A stretch of DNA of 64,000 nt from NCBI RefSeq assembly GCF_039654945.1, contig NW_027361716.1, positions 11,904,001 to 11,968,000 of the forward strand, given 5' to 3'. A program made the position numbers and the translations under genes. Below are positions 1 to 11,709 of the stretch, piece by piece. The notes under the pieces were generated by a model. That model searched no databases and had not been told where the DNA came from. It worked only from the letters and a program-made list of their open reading frames with translations. Position 1 is the first letter of the stretch. Every line of letters starts with the position of its first letter. This stretch comes from Dendrobates tinctorius (taxonomy: Eukaryota).

Positions 1-1439
1 AAGGTACCAAAAGTAATTGGACAGATTAAATAATTGTAAATAAAATGTTCATTTCTAGTACTTGGTTGAAAACCCTTTGTTGGCAATGACTGCCTGAAGT
101 CTTGAACTCATGGACATCACCAGACGCTGTGTTTCCTCCTTTTTGATGCTCTGCCAGGCCTTCACTGTGGTGGTTTTCAGTTGCTGTTTGTTTGTGGGCC
201 TTTCTGTCTGAAGTTTAGTCTTTAACAAGTGAACTGCATGCTCAATTGGGTTGAGATCAGGTGACTGACTTGGCCATTCAAGAATATTCCACTTCTTTGC
301 TTTAATAAACTCCTGGGTTGCTTTGGCTTTATGTTTTGGGCCATTGTTCATCTGTAGTATAAAACGACGACCAATCAGTTTGCTGCATTTGGCTGGATCT
401 GAGCACACAGTATGGCTCTGAATACCTCAGAATTCATTCGGCTGCTTCTGTCCTGTGTCACATCATCAACAAACACTAGTGACCCAGTGCCACTGGCAGC
501 CATGCATGCCCAAGCCATCACACTGCCTCCGCCGTGTTTTACAGATGATGTGGTATGCTTTGGATCATGAGCTGTATCACGCCTTCGCCATACTTTTCTC
601 TTTCCATCATTCTGGTAGAGGTTGATCTTGGTTTCATCTGTCCAAAAATGCTTTTCCAGAACTGTGCTGGCTTTTTTAGATGTTTTTTAGTCCAGTCTAG
701 CCTTTTTATTATTGATGCTTATGAGTGGCTTGCACCGTGCAGTGAACCCTCTGTATTTACTTTCATGCAGTCTTCTCTTTATGGTAGATTTGGATATTGA
801 TACGCCTACCTCCTGGAGAGTGTTGTTCACTTGGTTGGCTGTTGTGAAGGGGTTTCTCTTCACCATGGAGACTATTCTGCGATCATCCACCACTGTTGTC
901 TTCCGTGGGCGCCCAGGTCTTTTTGCATTGATGAGTTAACCAGTGCTTTCTTTCTTTCTCAGGATGTACCAAACTGTAGATTTTGCCACTCCTAATGTTG
1001 TAGCAATTTCTCAGAAGAGTTTTTTCTGTTTTTGCAGCTTAAGGATGGCTTGTTTCACCTGCATGGAGAGCTCCTTTGACCGCCATGTTTCCTTCACAGC
1101 AAAACCTTCCAAATGCAAGCACCACACCTCAAATCAACTCCAGGCCTTTTATCTGCTTAATTGAGAATGACATAACGAAGGGATTGCCCACACCTGTCCA
1201 TGAAATAGCCTTGGAGTCAATTGTCCAATTACTTTTGGTCCCTTTAAAAACAGGGTGGCACATGTTAAGGAGCTGAAACTCCTAAATTCTTCATCCAATG
1301 TTAATGTGGATACCCTCAAATGAAAGCTGAAAGTCTGAACTTCAACTGCATCTGAATTGTTTTGTTTAAAATTCATTGTGGTAATGTCTAGAACCAAAAT
1401 TAGAAAAATGTTGTCTCTGTCCAAATATGGGCCTATCTG
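1..1439 (-). mobile_element. Tc1/mariner DNA transposon (IR/DR type), frameshifted transposase, one end outside the window
   Basis: ORFs 687-893 (HTH region, RRIVSMVKRNPFTT) and 55-408 (WPSQSPDLNPIE); inner repeat taccaaaagtaattggaca near 5-23 is inverted at ~1222-1240; terminus ...ctg|TA at 1439. Confidence 0.9.
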
Positions 1440-1854
1440 TATCAACATGCATTAGTCTGGGAATGTTACTGCACTAAAATGCGGACTAGCAGGCCTCGCC
1501 AACCACCGTCTTTCCCATCAACCACATCTGATGCTTCTTCCTCCTCTGTCAGTGTGGCAAGTGTTCTCACATGTCTAAAGTTGCAGAATCTCCACTTTAC
1601 AGTCGGTGTGAGTGAGCTGTTATGGAAGTGGAGATGCCTGTATTTTTTTCATGGAGCATACCACATTTTGCTCAATCCACCATAACATCTAAACATTCAC
1701 CTCACTCACAGTGCAACACTTTGTCATGTTCATCCTACTCCACCCTCCCTCAGCACAGAAGGCAGCCCTTGGTCCAGCAATTGTGGTCACATAAAAATTG
1801 TTTCCTCCTACACATGCCAAAGCTAAGAGCTTCAAGCACTTCCCCATCTTGCAA

Positions 1855-2240
1855 ACTTCTATTTATTGAACTACTTTTTTCTTTTATTGTGTTTCATTGT
1901 GTTTCACTGTATGTAGATTTTTAAATGTATGAAGAATGGTTTTAAGTGATATACTCCATTATATTTTATGATTGTTTGATGTGTTTATGATGTATATATG
2001 TGCCTAAGTCTGATTCCCCGCCCATTGGGTGTGGCCTTTTTTTTTAAAGGAGGCGTCTCCGTCTGCCTCCTTTGCTATAAGTAGCAGACCCTGTATGTGT
2101 ATGTGTATAGACTGTCCTAAGGAAGTGGTGTGATCACCATGAAACACGTAGAAATAAAGTCTATTTTCTATTACATCCACTTGGACTCCTCTGGTCCATC
2201 ATCCTGACAGGCGAACAGCGCAGTCTGATGCCCCATTCAC
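1855..2240 (+). mobile_element. Penelope-like element remnant with degenerate hammerhead motif
   Basis: T-rich tract, then ctaagga-a-gtggtg/caccat-gaaacacgta followed by aataaa; boundaries approximate. Confidence 0.5.
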
Positions 2241-2259
2241 TTCACCTAGCAAAAGAAAA

Positions 2260-4060
2260 AAAGCTAAGAACTTGAACTCCACCATCTCCAATCTATTGGC
2301 CATGGTAAAGCTGCCATTCTTTCTTGTGGATACAGATGATTTCCAAAAGCTGATGGCTGTTGCAGCCCCCTAGTACCAGTTGCCCATTCGCCATTACTTC
2401 TCTATGAAAGCCGTGCCTGCGCTAAACCAGCATTTCACAGACAGCATCACCACTTACTTGAAATAAAAATCTTTGTCTGCCAGGGTGCATTTCACCACTG
2501 ACAATTGGACGAGCAAACATGGGAAAGGACTTTACATCTAACTAACTGGGTACTGGGTAACTCTGGTGGCTGAGGGGGCAGGTGGGCAAGGGTCTGCTCC
2601 ACAAGTCTTGGAACCCCTAAGGTTTGTGGGACAAACTTCTGTAACTAACAGTTTCTCCACTGCTTCTGCCTCTACCACCTCCTCAAGGGCCTTCAGCTGT
2701 GCCCTGAACCTCTCCCTTAATGAGATGCATTCCAACAGTGCAGAGATAATCCCTCCCACCTCCATACTGTGCAGCCAGGGCTCATCAAGCAGTGTTACAA
2801 TTAATATGCCTTGCAGATCGCAGTCACACAGCTCAAGAGTTGTGGACAGGTATTAATGCAGAGTTTGAGCAATGGCTGTCTCCACTGAACCTGGAGCCAG
2901 GGAAGGTCGTGTGCGATAACGGTGGCAGCTCTACTCCGGAGCAACCTCACACATGAGCTTTGCATGACTCCCATCCTCAACCTGGTTTTACAGCAATTTC
3001 TCCATCACTATCCTGGCCTGAATGCTCTGCTTCATAATGCACGGTCGCTGTCTGCTCACTTTCACAGTTCGCACCCTGCAGGTCTTCGACTTGCATCACT
3101 ACGGAGGTCCTTCATCCTACCAGGTAAATGTTTGATATGGGATGTGCCGACATGGTGGAATTCCACTCTGCAAATGCTGCAGCGGCTGTGGCAGCAGTGA
3201 CGAGCCCTTGTGCAGTATGTCTTTTTGCATAGGCCAATACAGTATGGAAAGAGTGCAAATCACGCTTGTGGAGTGGGCACAGATGAAGGATCTCTGCACC
3301 CTTCTGCAGTTTTCAAATGGCTACTAAGATGGTTATCGCTGACAATGCCATTATGAGCATCGCTATTCCAGTCATCTGAGGTGGTGATCTCAGAGGAAAA
3401 GGTAATAGCAAAGGAGGATGTGGAAGGGATAACAATATCTCTAAGTTCCATACTGTTGTCGCACAGGCATGTGCCATGGGAGGGTGGATTACAGAAATCG
3501 AGGGCGTACCAGACAATCTTTTTGTGAAGGTGTGGGTGGGCAGCACGGTGGCTCAGTGGTTAGCGCTGCAGCCTTGCAGCGCTGGGGTCTTGGGTTCGAA
3601 TCCCACCAAGGACAACATCTGCAAGGAGTTTGTATGTTCTCCCCGTGTTTGCGTGGGTTTCCTCCGGGTGCTCCGGTTTCCTCCCACACTCTAAAGACAT
3701 ACTGATAGGGAATTTAGATTGTGAGCCTCATCGGGGACAGTGATGATAATGTGTGCAAACTGTAAAGCGCTGCGGAATATGTTAGCGCTATATAAAAATA
3801 AAGATTATTATTATTATTATTTATTATTATAAGGTGTAGTAGCTGAGGACGAAATGAAGGACAAAGAGGAAGAGGTGATGGGCGTGCAACAGTCAGGAGA
3901 TGAAGAGCATAATGATCCCCTCTCTGTTGTCCGTGGTTGGCAGAGGAGATGGAGGAAGCAAGCTTGAGTGTTACCTCCCCACCAATATACCATGGACTTG
4001 AACCTCATGGAAGCACCTGATACATGAGTGTCTTCTTGCTGCACATGCTGCCTGTGTTCT
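2260..4060 (+). pseudogene. Decayed hAT-family transposase
   Basis: Motifs VHFTTDNWTS, VVCDNG, LNLVLQ and DVPTWWNST across frameshifts and stops; interrupted by a SINE. Confidence 0.8.
3534..3830 (+). mobile_element. tRNA-derived SINE (V-SINE-like) with L2-type 3' tail
   Basis: A box tggctcagtgg, B box ggttcgaatcc, central gtttgtatgttctccccgtg domain, (tta)n tail, 7-bp TSD aaggtgt (3527-3533 / 3831-3837). Confidence 0.92.
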
Positions 4061-4074
4061 TAGTGTTAAAATAA

Positions 4075-6043
4075 TACTGGGTCACCCCCGCGGGCTTCAC
4101 CCAGGGCAGCGGGGTACTCGGTACCGGCCCGGTGTCAAGGCGGGAATGTGTCACAGCAGCGGTGACCCGGTCCGTGACCCTGGGCGCCCAATATCAATGG
4201 CGGTGATGTTAATGGTGTTAGAGTTTATATGAATAGTTTGTGATGTCACCCGTGGTGTTTGGCAAGTAAGATGGTAAGCCAAGGCTGCATACAGATCTGC
4301 TGGGACTGATGGTGTGGTGCAGCAGAGATGGTATAGCTCCCCACAGGTGGAGCTGTAGTCCCAGGGCAGTGTAGGTGCAATGGGTGAGGAGAGGCACAGA
4401 ATGGTATGGAGGCTGGTACCCAGGTGTAGTGGTGCGGGAATAACTGGAGGACACCAGGGTGTGCGGTTCCAAAGCTTTACTCACTGTTTGCAGTTCACAC
4501 AAATGCCTGCCTCCGTACCGTGTTCTCCAGTTCAGGGCCCTAGCCAACCTCCAGGCAGGATAGGAATTCTCCCTTCCACACTCCGCCAACATGTACCTTA
4601 CTGAACGACTCCTCCAATGCGCCTTTAGTTGCGAAACACTCCAGTACTTAGTTACCCTGGAATGCCTCTCTCTAGGTGTTCCTAGTCTTTACTTGTATGA
4701 CAGACAGCTGTAGCCTGCTTCGGGGACTCCTCACTGCGTCCCGGCTCTCTATTTGGTTGCTGTTGTGTCCCAAGTCTATGATGGGAGCAAGGCGTTAGCG
4801 GCTCCCTACTCCTCCGGTGTCTGTTGCAGGACATAAAGATCCAATCAACCTCGGGGACCGGGCCCCGGCCTTTGCGCTCTCTGGACTGGAAGGGTTCTCT
4901 ATCTTTCTTCAACCAGCTTCCCACCGTCCTTCTATTCTCCTTCATTCTGATCTGTTCTATCTCTCTTATGGAAGGTTAGGTTATCAATCTTATCAGTCTC
5001 TTTCTCTGGTCTTTCTCGTGCCAGCAGCCCAGATCACTGGGACCTGCTGCAGCACGTCCCTCAGGCATCCATCTTCTCTCTTCTCTCTCCTCTAACCAAC
5101 TAACCACTAACTCTCGCCCTTCCCACTCTTTTATATCTATCTCCACCCGCCTCCCCAGCACCTCTCGTGTTACGAAGCCAGGGACCACAAAAGCACCCTA
5201 TGACCTTTCCAGCATAAAGCATGGATGGGTCCCTGCTGAACTATCCTGTGTGTGGGGTGCAGGTGTTGGAATGTGGAAAGGAGTTCCCAGCCTACCTTAG
5301 GAGAAGGTGCAGTACCTCTGTGGCGACTGAAGCCTCAGGGGCACCACATACTTGTACGGCAGACAGCTGTAGCCTGCTTCGGGGACTCCTTGCTACTAAG
5401 TCCTGGCTCACTCTCCAGTTGCTGTTGTGCCCCCAAGTCTTGTGTGGGAATAAAGTGGTCACTACTTCTATTCCTCCGGTGTCTGCTGCAGGACCATTAG
5501 TATCCATACAACCTCGGGGACCGGGCCCCGGCCTTGCGTTTAGAACTTCTTGGAAGGGTTCTCTTCTAACCCACGTCCTCTGTTCTCTCTTACTCCTCAC
5601 ATTCCGTGCTAATCTTTCCTTCTATGGAAAATCAGGCTTTCAGTCTACATTGCTCTTTCTCTCCCTCTCCCGTGCCAGCAGACCGAGGTCACTGGGATCC
5701 GCTGCAGCACCTCCATCCTTCCATCCCTCTCTCCGGGGATCTTCTCCTCTCCAACTCTCTAATCAACTGACCTCCAATCCTAAACTCTTCCAGCTCCTTG
5801 TAATGTAAACTAACTCCACCCACCTCCAAGCACGTTTCACGTTCCAAGCAGGGAGCCACCAATGGGTGCTTTGCTATACTCCAAGAAGGGAGCTGCCGAA
5901 GGTGCTTTGCTACACTACTTTGTGGTGTGGGGTGCAGGTGTTGGAGTGTGGTCAGGAGTCTCCACCTTACTTGGATGGTGGGATACTACACCTCAGGAGG
6001 AGGTGCAGTACCTCTGTGGCGACTGAGCCTCAGGGGTGCCTCA
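4075..6043 (-). mobile_element. Gypsy-type LTR (~4075-5348) followed by a partial second LTR (5349-6043)
   Basis: Homologous to 62922-64000 and, at its termini, to 60129-61343; LTR ends gcaccaca (5348) and gtgcctca (6043). Confidence 0.8.
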
Positions 6044-6569
6044 TTGCTCATCAATGTTTAAGCTAGAAATCATGGTCCAAGCCCTGTCCCAGGTCCTGTC
6101 CCATGAATTATTGCTGCACATTTATACTATTTGCACTCTTGGTAAATTAATGCCACTTTTCTCCATGTCTTCAGCTTGGCTGATTTGCAAGGGGGTGAGG
6201 TGGAAGACAGATGCCCATGTCAGCTGGTGCCTACTGCTATTTCAGCAGTGGACTGGGTGGATGACAATGTGAAGGAACTGGAGGCTCTCTCAGCCATCCA
6301 ATCTAAAACTGCTTCAAAATGTTCTGGCCTCACCATTCATCTAGCAGTACTTGGGCCTATGAAATTACTCAGAACGTCCTGTCGGAGGAATGTGTTTCAT
6401 CTGGGCACGTAGCAGGCACAGAATGACCATGTCCTCTCCCTGTAACAGCTACATCACCACCACCAGCAGCACCACCACCACACCAACATCCCCTATTTAA
6501 TGTGCTCCTCATTTTTTTTGCACCCCTAAAAGTATACAGTAGAGAAGAGAAAGTGTCCAGCAGATTATT

Positions 6570-6880
6570 ACACTGTTAGTGTACCTTACACCAGGCTGTT
6601 ATGGCACTGTGAACCAGGCTGTTAGGGCAGGCTACACCAGGCTGTAAAAGCACTCTGCACCTTGTTGTTAGGACAGGTTGCACCACGCTGTTATAGCACT
6701 CTACACCAGGATGTTATGGCACTGTGCACGAGGCTGTTAGGGCACGCTGCACCAGACTGTTATGGCACTGTACACCAGGCTGTTATAGCAGTGTGCACCA
6801 GGTTGTTAGGGGAGACTGCACCAAGCTGTTATTGCACTGTGCACCAGGCTATAAGGGCAGGCAATGCCAGGCTGCTATAG
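6570..6880. repeat. ~21-bp degenerate tandem repeat (caccaggctgttatggcactg); resumes at ~8350-8520
   Basis: Directly visible units, split by the 6881-8341 insertion; probably subterminal repeats of a hAT element. Confidence 0.8.
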
Positions 6881-8341
6881 TGTAAGGAAGGTCCAGGACA
6901 GTAGTCATAGCTGAGGACACCGGGGTTCTGGTGTCCTGGGCTCTCCTCACATAAAAATCATGCTCACTAGTCAGCCTACCTATGTCTCCGGATTCGGCTA
7001 CTACAGGGTCCTCCCTATGCAGTGGGAGACTGTTTCCTGGAAAATTCACATCAACTGAGACACAGTCTATCATAACTTAAACAAAGACATCTTTACTTGA
7101 TTCATTACAAAGCACTTCCAAAGTCTTCACAGCTTTTACAACAGGCTTCACATAACAAGGTTCCTTCTCTTTCCCTGTACTGTTTCCACTGTTACTCTTC
7201 ACAGACCCAGGCCAGACCGTCCCTGATGGTTTCTCAGTTTCCTCTCTATCCAGCTTGGCCATGGCCAAGCATCCCTTGGTCTGTTTCGCCCCAGACACAA
7301 GATCATTAGTCGCCGGAGTCGGTAGACACTGAGGATGAGCCCTGATCTGTTGTACTGCTCTCTGTACTGGCCCCACTTCTTTTCCATCTGTACTTACTGC
7401 TTCTGTGGGTTCCCCTGACCGTTTCACCCCGGTCTTAAAGGTATTTGCCCAAGCAATGAGTTGCCACATTGTACTGTACTGTCCCATTGTTGTGCTGTGC
7501 TGGTGAGGAGGAAGGCTGGGCTTCTCACTTTTAACATTGCAAGACTGCTGCCGCGTCCTGGCACTTTAGCACCTGAGGGGTTAAATCTTATTATTGAAAA
7601 AGTCATTTAACTAAACCCCTTTTTTAGTATATTTTAATATATTTTATTCAGTTTTTTCATATATTGTCTTATATATTTCCCTTCATTTTATTGTTGTAAT
7701 TGTGTTTTATATTATGCCCGTGTAATTGCTCTTTTCCTCCTTTTATTTTAATTATGCCTCCTACTCAAGTGTCCCTAATGATTGCACCTTAATTGTGATT
7801 GGCTGTCAGCCCTTTTTATGCTCCCTTTCCCCCACTTCCTGTACCTGCCACCTGATGAAGACGGACGTCTATCGAAACGCGTAGTGAAACTTAATAAAGA
7901 AGAAAACCTTTCAAGCTTCTCCCTTTCCTTCACGCTCCTCTGCGATCGGGTTACCCTGCTTCCCATGCTGTGGTGTCCTGGGCTTTTTGCCCATGTGGAA
8001 CCTTTGGGTGCCTCTGGCCCTCTGCCCTAACCCAAGGCTGCCACTAGCTTATCCAGAAGCAGCCCCTCCTACAATTAACTATGTGTTTATACTATCTTCA
8101 CTATCTAGGAACTGTGAACAGTAACATGCCCCCCATCTAGTGGCCAACCCTGCTAACTGCACTCTCCCTAACCTTGTGCACATCAGTGTAACAATATACA
8201 TGTCATACATTATACACTTAACAGTAAATGGTAATACAGTTAGACGTGTAGCAGTACCACAACTGAACATTGGTAATACACCTAGGGGTGAAACAGTACC
8301 AGCATAAAGATAAACAAACATATTTTTCTCATCCCCTTACA
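6881..8341. mobile_element. Probable solo LTR containing a Penelope-like remnant (~7500-7960)
   Basis: tgtaagg...ccttaca termini, flanks atag/attg, interrupts the tandem repeat. Confidence 0.6.
7848..7886 (+). ncRNA. Minimal type I hammerhead ribozyme (Penelope-type)
   Basis: cac-CTGATGA-a-gacgg acgt ctatc-GAAAcgcgTA-gtg, followed by aataaa. Confidence 0.75.
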
Positions 8342-8809
8342 ATTGCTCCTTTCACCAGGCTGTTATGGCATTGCGCACTAGGCTGTTAGGGTACTATACA
8401 CAAGGCTGCTAGGGCACTATACAACAGGCTATTAAGGCACTCTACACTAGACTGTTATGGCACTGTGCACAAAGCTCTTAGGGCACACTGCACCAAGCTG
8501 TTAATACACTCTGCACTAGTGCAGGGCAGCGCAACCCGCAATCTGGATTTTATAAAGGGCGGGCAATGTGTTGCACAGGCCAAGCTCAACCTTGCCAATA
8601 CAGACTTCTGGGAAAAAAGTCCATGTTTGGAGTTTGGCCCAGGACACCTTTACCCAAACAAGGAGAGTTTTTCCAGTGAGCATTGGAGGAACTCTCCTTG
8701 TTTGAATACAGCTGTGCTTAGTTTGGACCAAACTGCATCCGTGCTGGAGCATCTTAAACGGCCGTCACAGTGGAGAGCTGAAATTTAATAATTTTTTCCT
8801 TTACAGGAC

Positions 8810-9138
8810 ACCTTTACAGTTTGGGCTTGCTTATCCCTACCTAGCACCTCTGGGAAGTCCTTCATAATTGTTGAAAAGCGATGCCAGGTGATTACCTGAT
8901 AAAGCTGCTTGAGAGAATGACATGGTGCTGTAAAAGCTGTCATCAGAGTAAGAGAAGGTTATTTTAAGGAATTTAAGGTTCAATACGTATTCCGGTTTGT
9001 TTCACACGTGTTTCTTTGCTCTTTATTTCCATATATGTCCCTGCATGTTTTTGCGGCCTTCAGTCTGAATCTACAATCCCAAAATGAACATGGAAACCAT
9101 AGGATCAACAGATGTGTCCAAACTTTTGACCAGCACTG
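8810..9138 (+). mobile_element. Old Tc1 3' end remnant
   Basis: gagagaatg...aaagctgtcatc C-terminal coding remnant and TIR gtgtccaaacttttgaccagcactg. Confidence 0.6.
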
Positions 9139-9841
9139 TTTGTTTCTTGAAATCTATGGGTTAAACTGACGGAAGCAGACTAGTCAGAGAACTACAGAAG
9201 CGACTGTCACATTTTTAGCACAGGCTAATATAATCTAAACACAATCACAAACAGGTGCATTAGCTTCCATCGAGTCCTAGCACTGAATGTTCCTGCCAGT
9301 CTTAATAACAATGGAAGAGAGGAAGCTGGCAAAGACCTGACAGTAACTGCCAACAAACCGAGCAGAAAGTGTGCGCTACAGATAAAGAGCATCTTCAGGT
9401 TTAATCCTGTGATGTCACCAGTCTGTCTCTCTTACATTATGGAGGGAGTGTGCCCTGTAGCTGCAGTCATAAAAGGAACATCACTCATTGTCTCACTCTT
9501 ATGTAGAGCAAATAAAAGTTTGGTAAAACCTGGAAGCTCCCAGGCAGAATTTATCACAAAGCAGTGAAACTTCTCATTTTAAAGGCATTTATAACATGGG
9601 AAAGATGGAAAGTTGTCCCTGCGTTATGGACACTTTTATCCAGATATATATTTTCTTTTTTATTTCATGTCTTTCAAAAGGCCATTGACATAAAATACAA
9701 AGTCATTTCCAACGTTTAGTCCTAAACGTCTAGGTCAATGGAAGGTGAAAGGACGGTATGTTTTGTGGATGCACAATTTGACTTTTAATAAAAGCTGATA
9801 ATCTGATATTTTAGATCTACATAAAAATAGGTAACATTTTC

Positions 9842-10018
9842 CACTGGCGGACACAGACAGAAAAGGGCCCCTGTGTGAGAACAATATATGAGCCCTTAGC
9901 AGTCCAAGAGCTCTTAAAATTGCAAAATTGCACCTGCTTTGGAGGTAGAAATGACCCCCCTTACCTCTGGGGCCCCTGTATGGCTGCACAGGTTGCACCA
10001 ATGATATGTCCGCCCCTG
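9842..10018. mobile_element. hAT MITE
   Basis: TIR cactggcggaca / tgtccgcccctg; perfect 8-bp TSD acattttc. Confidence 0.85.
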
Positions 10019-11174
10019 ACATTTTCACAATTTATAATTGAGCTGGATGCTCCTAGAAAAAAGATAGCGGCTTATCGCCAATGTATTGTCCAACATGTCA
10101 GACGTTTCACCTGCATATTGTTGCACAGTTTGTTGTATAGCTCCTTGAATATCCACAGTTCAGTAGAAACCTTCACAGAGCAGATTACATAGGATAACAA
10201 GATTTACTTGTCAGAACATGAGGTAAAAGAAAAATGCACAGTCATACAATGCTGCATCCCAGAGGAGGCAAATCATGCAAAAATTCTTGTCCTTTGTTGA
10301 AACCCTGTGGTGATGTAGGGGGAATTCAGTCCTGGCATTTGAAATTATACAGACCCATGCTATCCCCATTCCCATAAACCAGATGGGATGTATTACTAAT
10401 ATTACCCTGGATGGAGGAAAGGAAGATTTACTACAAAATCAATATTTCTAATGATACCCGTGGCCTGTTGGGTTAAGTGACGGACTCAGTACTTTATGCT
10501 CCGTCACAATTCTTAACAGTATAAGTGTCTTGAGAACACTGATTCTGTTAACAACGTAGCAGACAAGGCAGCTCACAACCAGACAGGGCCTTCTGGCATT
10601 TGTCAGATGGTCAGGCCGGCCCTGAGCAGAGAGGATATGCAACTCTGTTACTTATATAGGTAGAAACAGAGTGCAGAAAAATGAGAGTGTTTAGCACCCT
10701 GTGACATCAGCAAGGCACCTGAGAGGGCCCTTTGGTTAGTGGCAAAAGCATGCTACAGTGAGAAGCAGAAAGAGAGACCGAAAGCTGCGAATATTGGAGG
10801 AATGAGTATAGAGCTCTGAGCAAGATTGTGCATCAGACTTCCATCCGGGGCATCAACCTTTAGTAGGAGAGAGGAAGAAGGAAGCCTCCATGGTAGAGAG
10901 ATAAGTGCCCCAAACAGGTGGATAGCTGCCAACACAGGTACCCAAACTATACCCAATAAGAATGCACTAGTGAAGCTTGTTATGTGTCAGAGGAATGGCC
11001 TTGGGAGAATCTGATTGAGAATTTAGGACCAACATAAGGATTCTACAGTAGATCCTAGAGAGTCTGTTATATGGTGATATTAGTACTCTACCTCTGTGAC
11101 AGCCAGCCAGCATGTATATTTATTCTGCCATTCTGCTACTTACTAGACTAGATATTGCAGCCCAGACTATGAAA

Positions 11175-11709
11175 ATAAAGTCTGTGGAGCCTCATTTAAG
11201 AGTCTCAAACACGGGACTAGCCAGATCTTCCTCCAGGGAAGGACCGAGCCAAGGAGTGGCTCCTTTCGGAAACCACCATTACCACCATATTAAGTGGCCT
11301 TTTAAGTCAATATCCAGCTCTTTACGAGTTTACAGATATGACAAGGGAAATACCAAGGCCAAGTATCCATCCACAGACAGCTGTTTCAGGGAGTTGCCCC
11401 TCATCAGTGTGGAGTAGGATTCCCCGATGGGTGGGAGCAATGCCTAGTAGACCAACATCACGAAACAATCACTGACCTCAGAGAGACCAGTCAAAGAAAT
11501 CACTGTGGCAGATGGCAAAGGCGCTCAATCAGTGAAATCCTGGCTAGTACCGTGTTTGAGACTCTTAAATGAGGCTCCACGGACTTTATTTGCATATTTG
11601 TATTTCCCAGGGAGCAATGCAACTAGGATTTCACTGATTGAGCACCATTGCCGGCTGCCGCAGTGTTTTCTTTGACTGGTCTCCATGAGGTCAGTGATTG
11701 TTTCGTGAT
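11175..11709 (-). mobile_element. Non-autonomous hammerhead retroelement (retrozyme/Penelope-associated) with inverted segment
   Basis: 15-bp TSD gcccagactatgaaa (11160-11174 / 11710-11724); 11542-11710 is an inverted copy of both ends of 11175-11541. Confidence 0.8.
11366..11420 (-). ncRNA. Type I hammerhead ribozyme
   Basis: Minus strand reads tccaca-CTGATGA-gggg caact ccct-GAAAcagctGTC-tgtgga; 6-bp stem I plus extension, palindromic stem III. Confidence 0.88.

Noticed and set aside
3538-3610. tRNA gene
   Set aside because: It is the head of a SINE with body, tail and TSD
5221-5808. 195-aa ORF apparently conserved with 63521-63940
   Set aside because: Similarity reflects two copies of one LTR; antisense, different starts and stops, no domain
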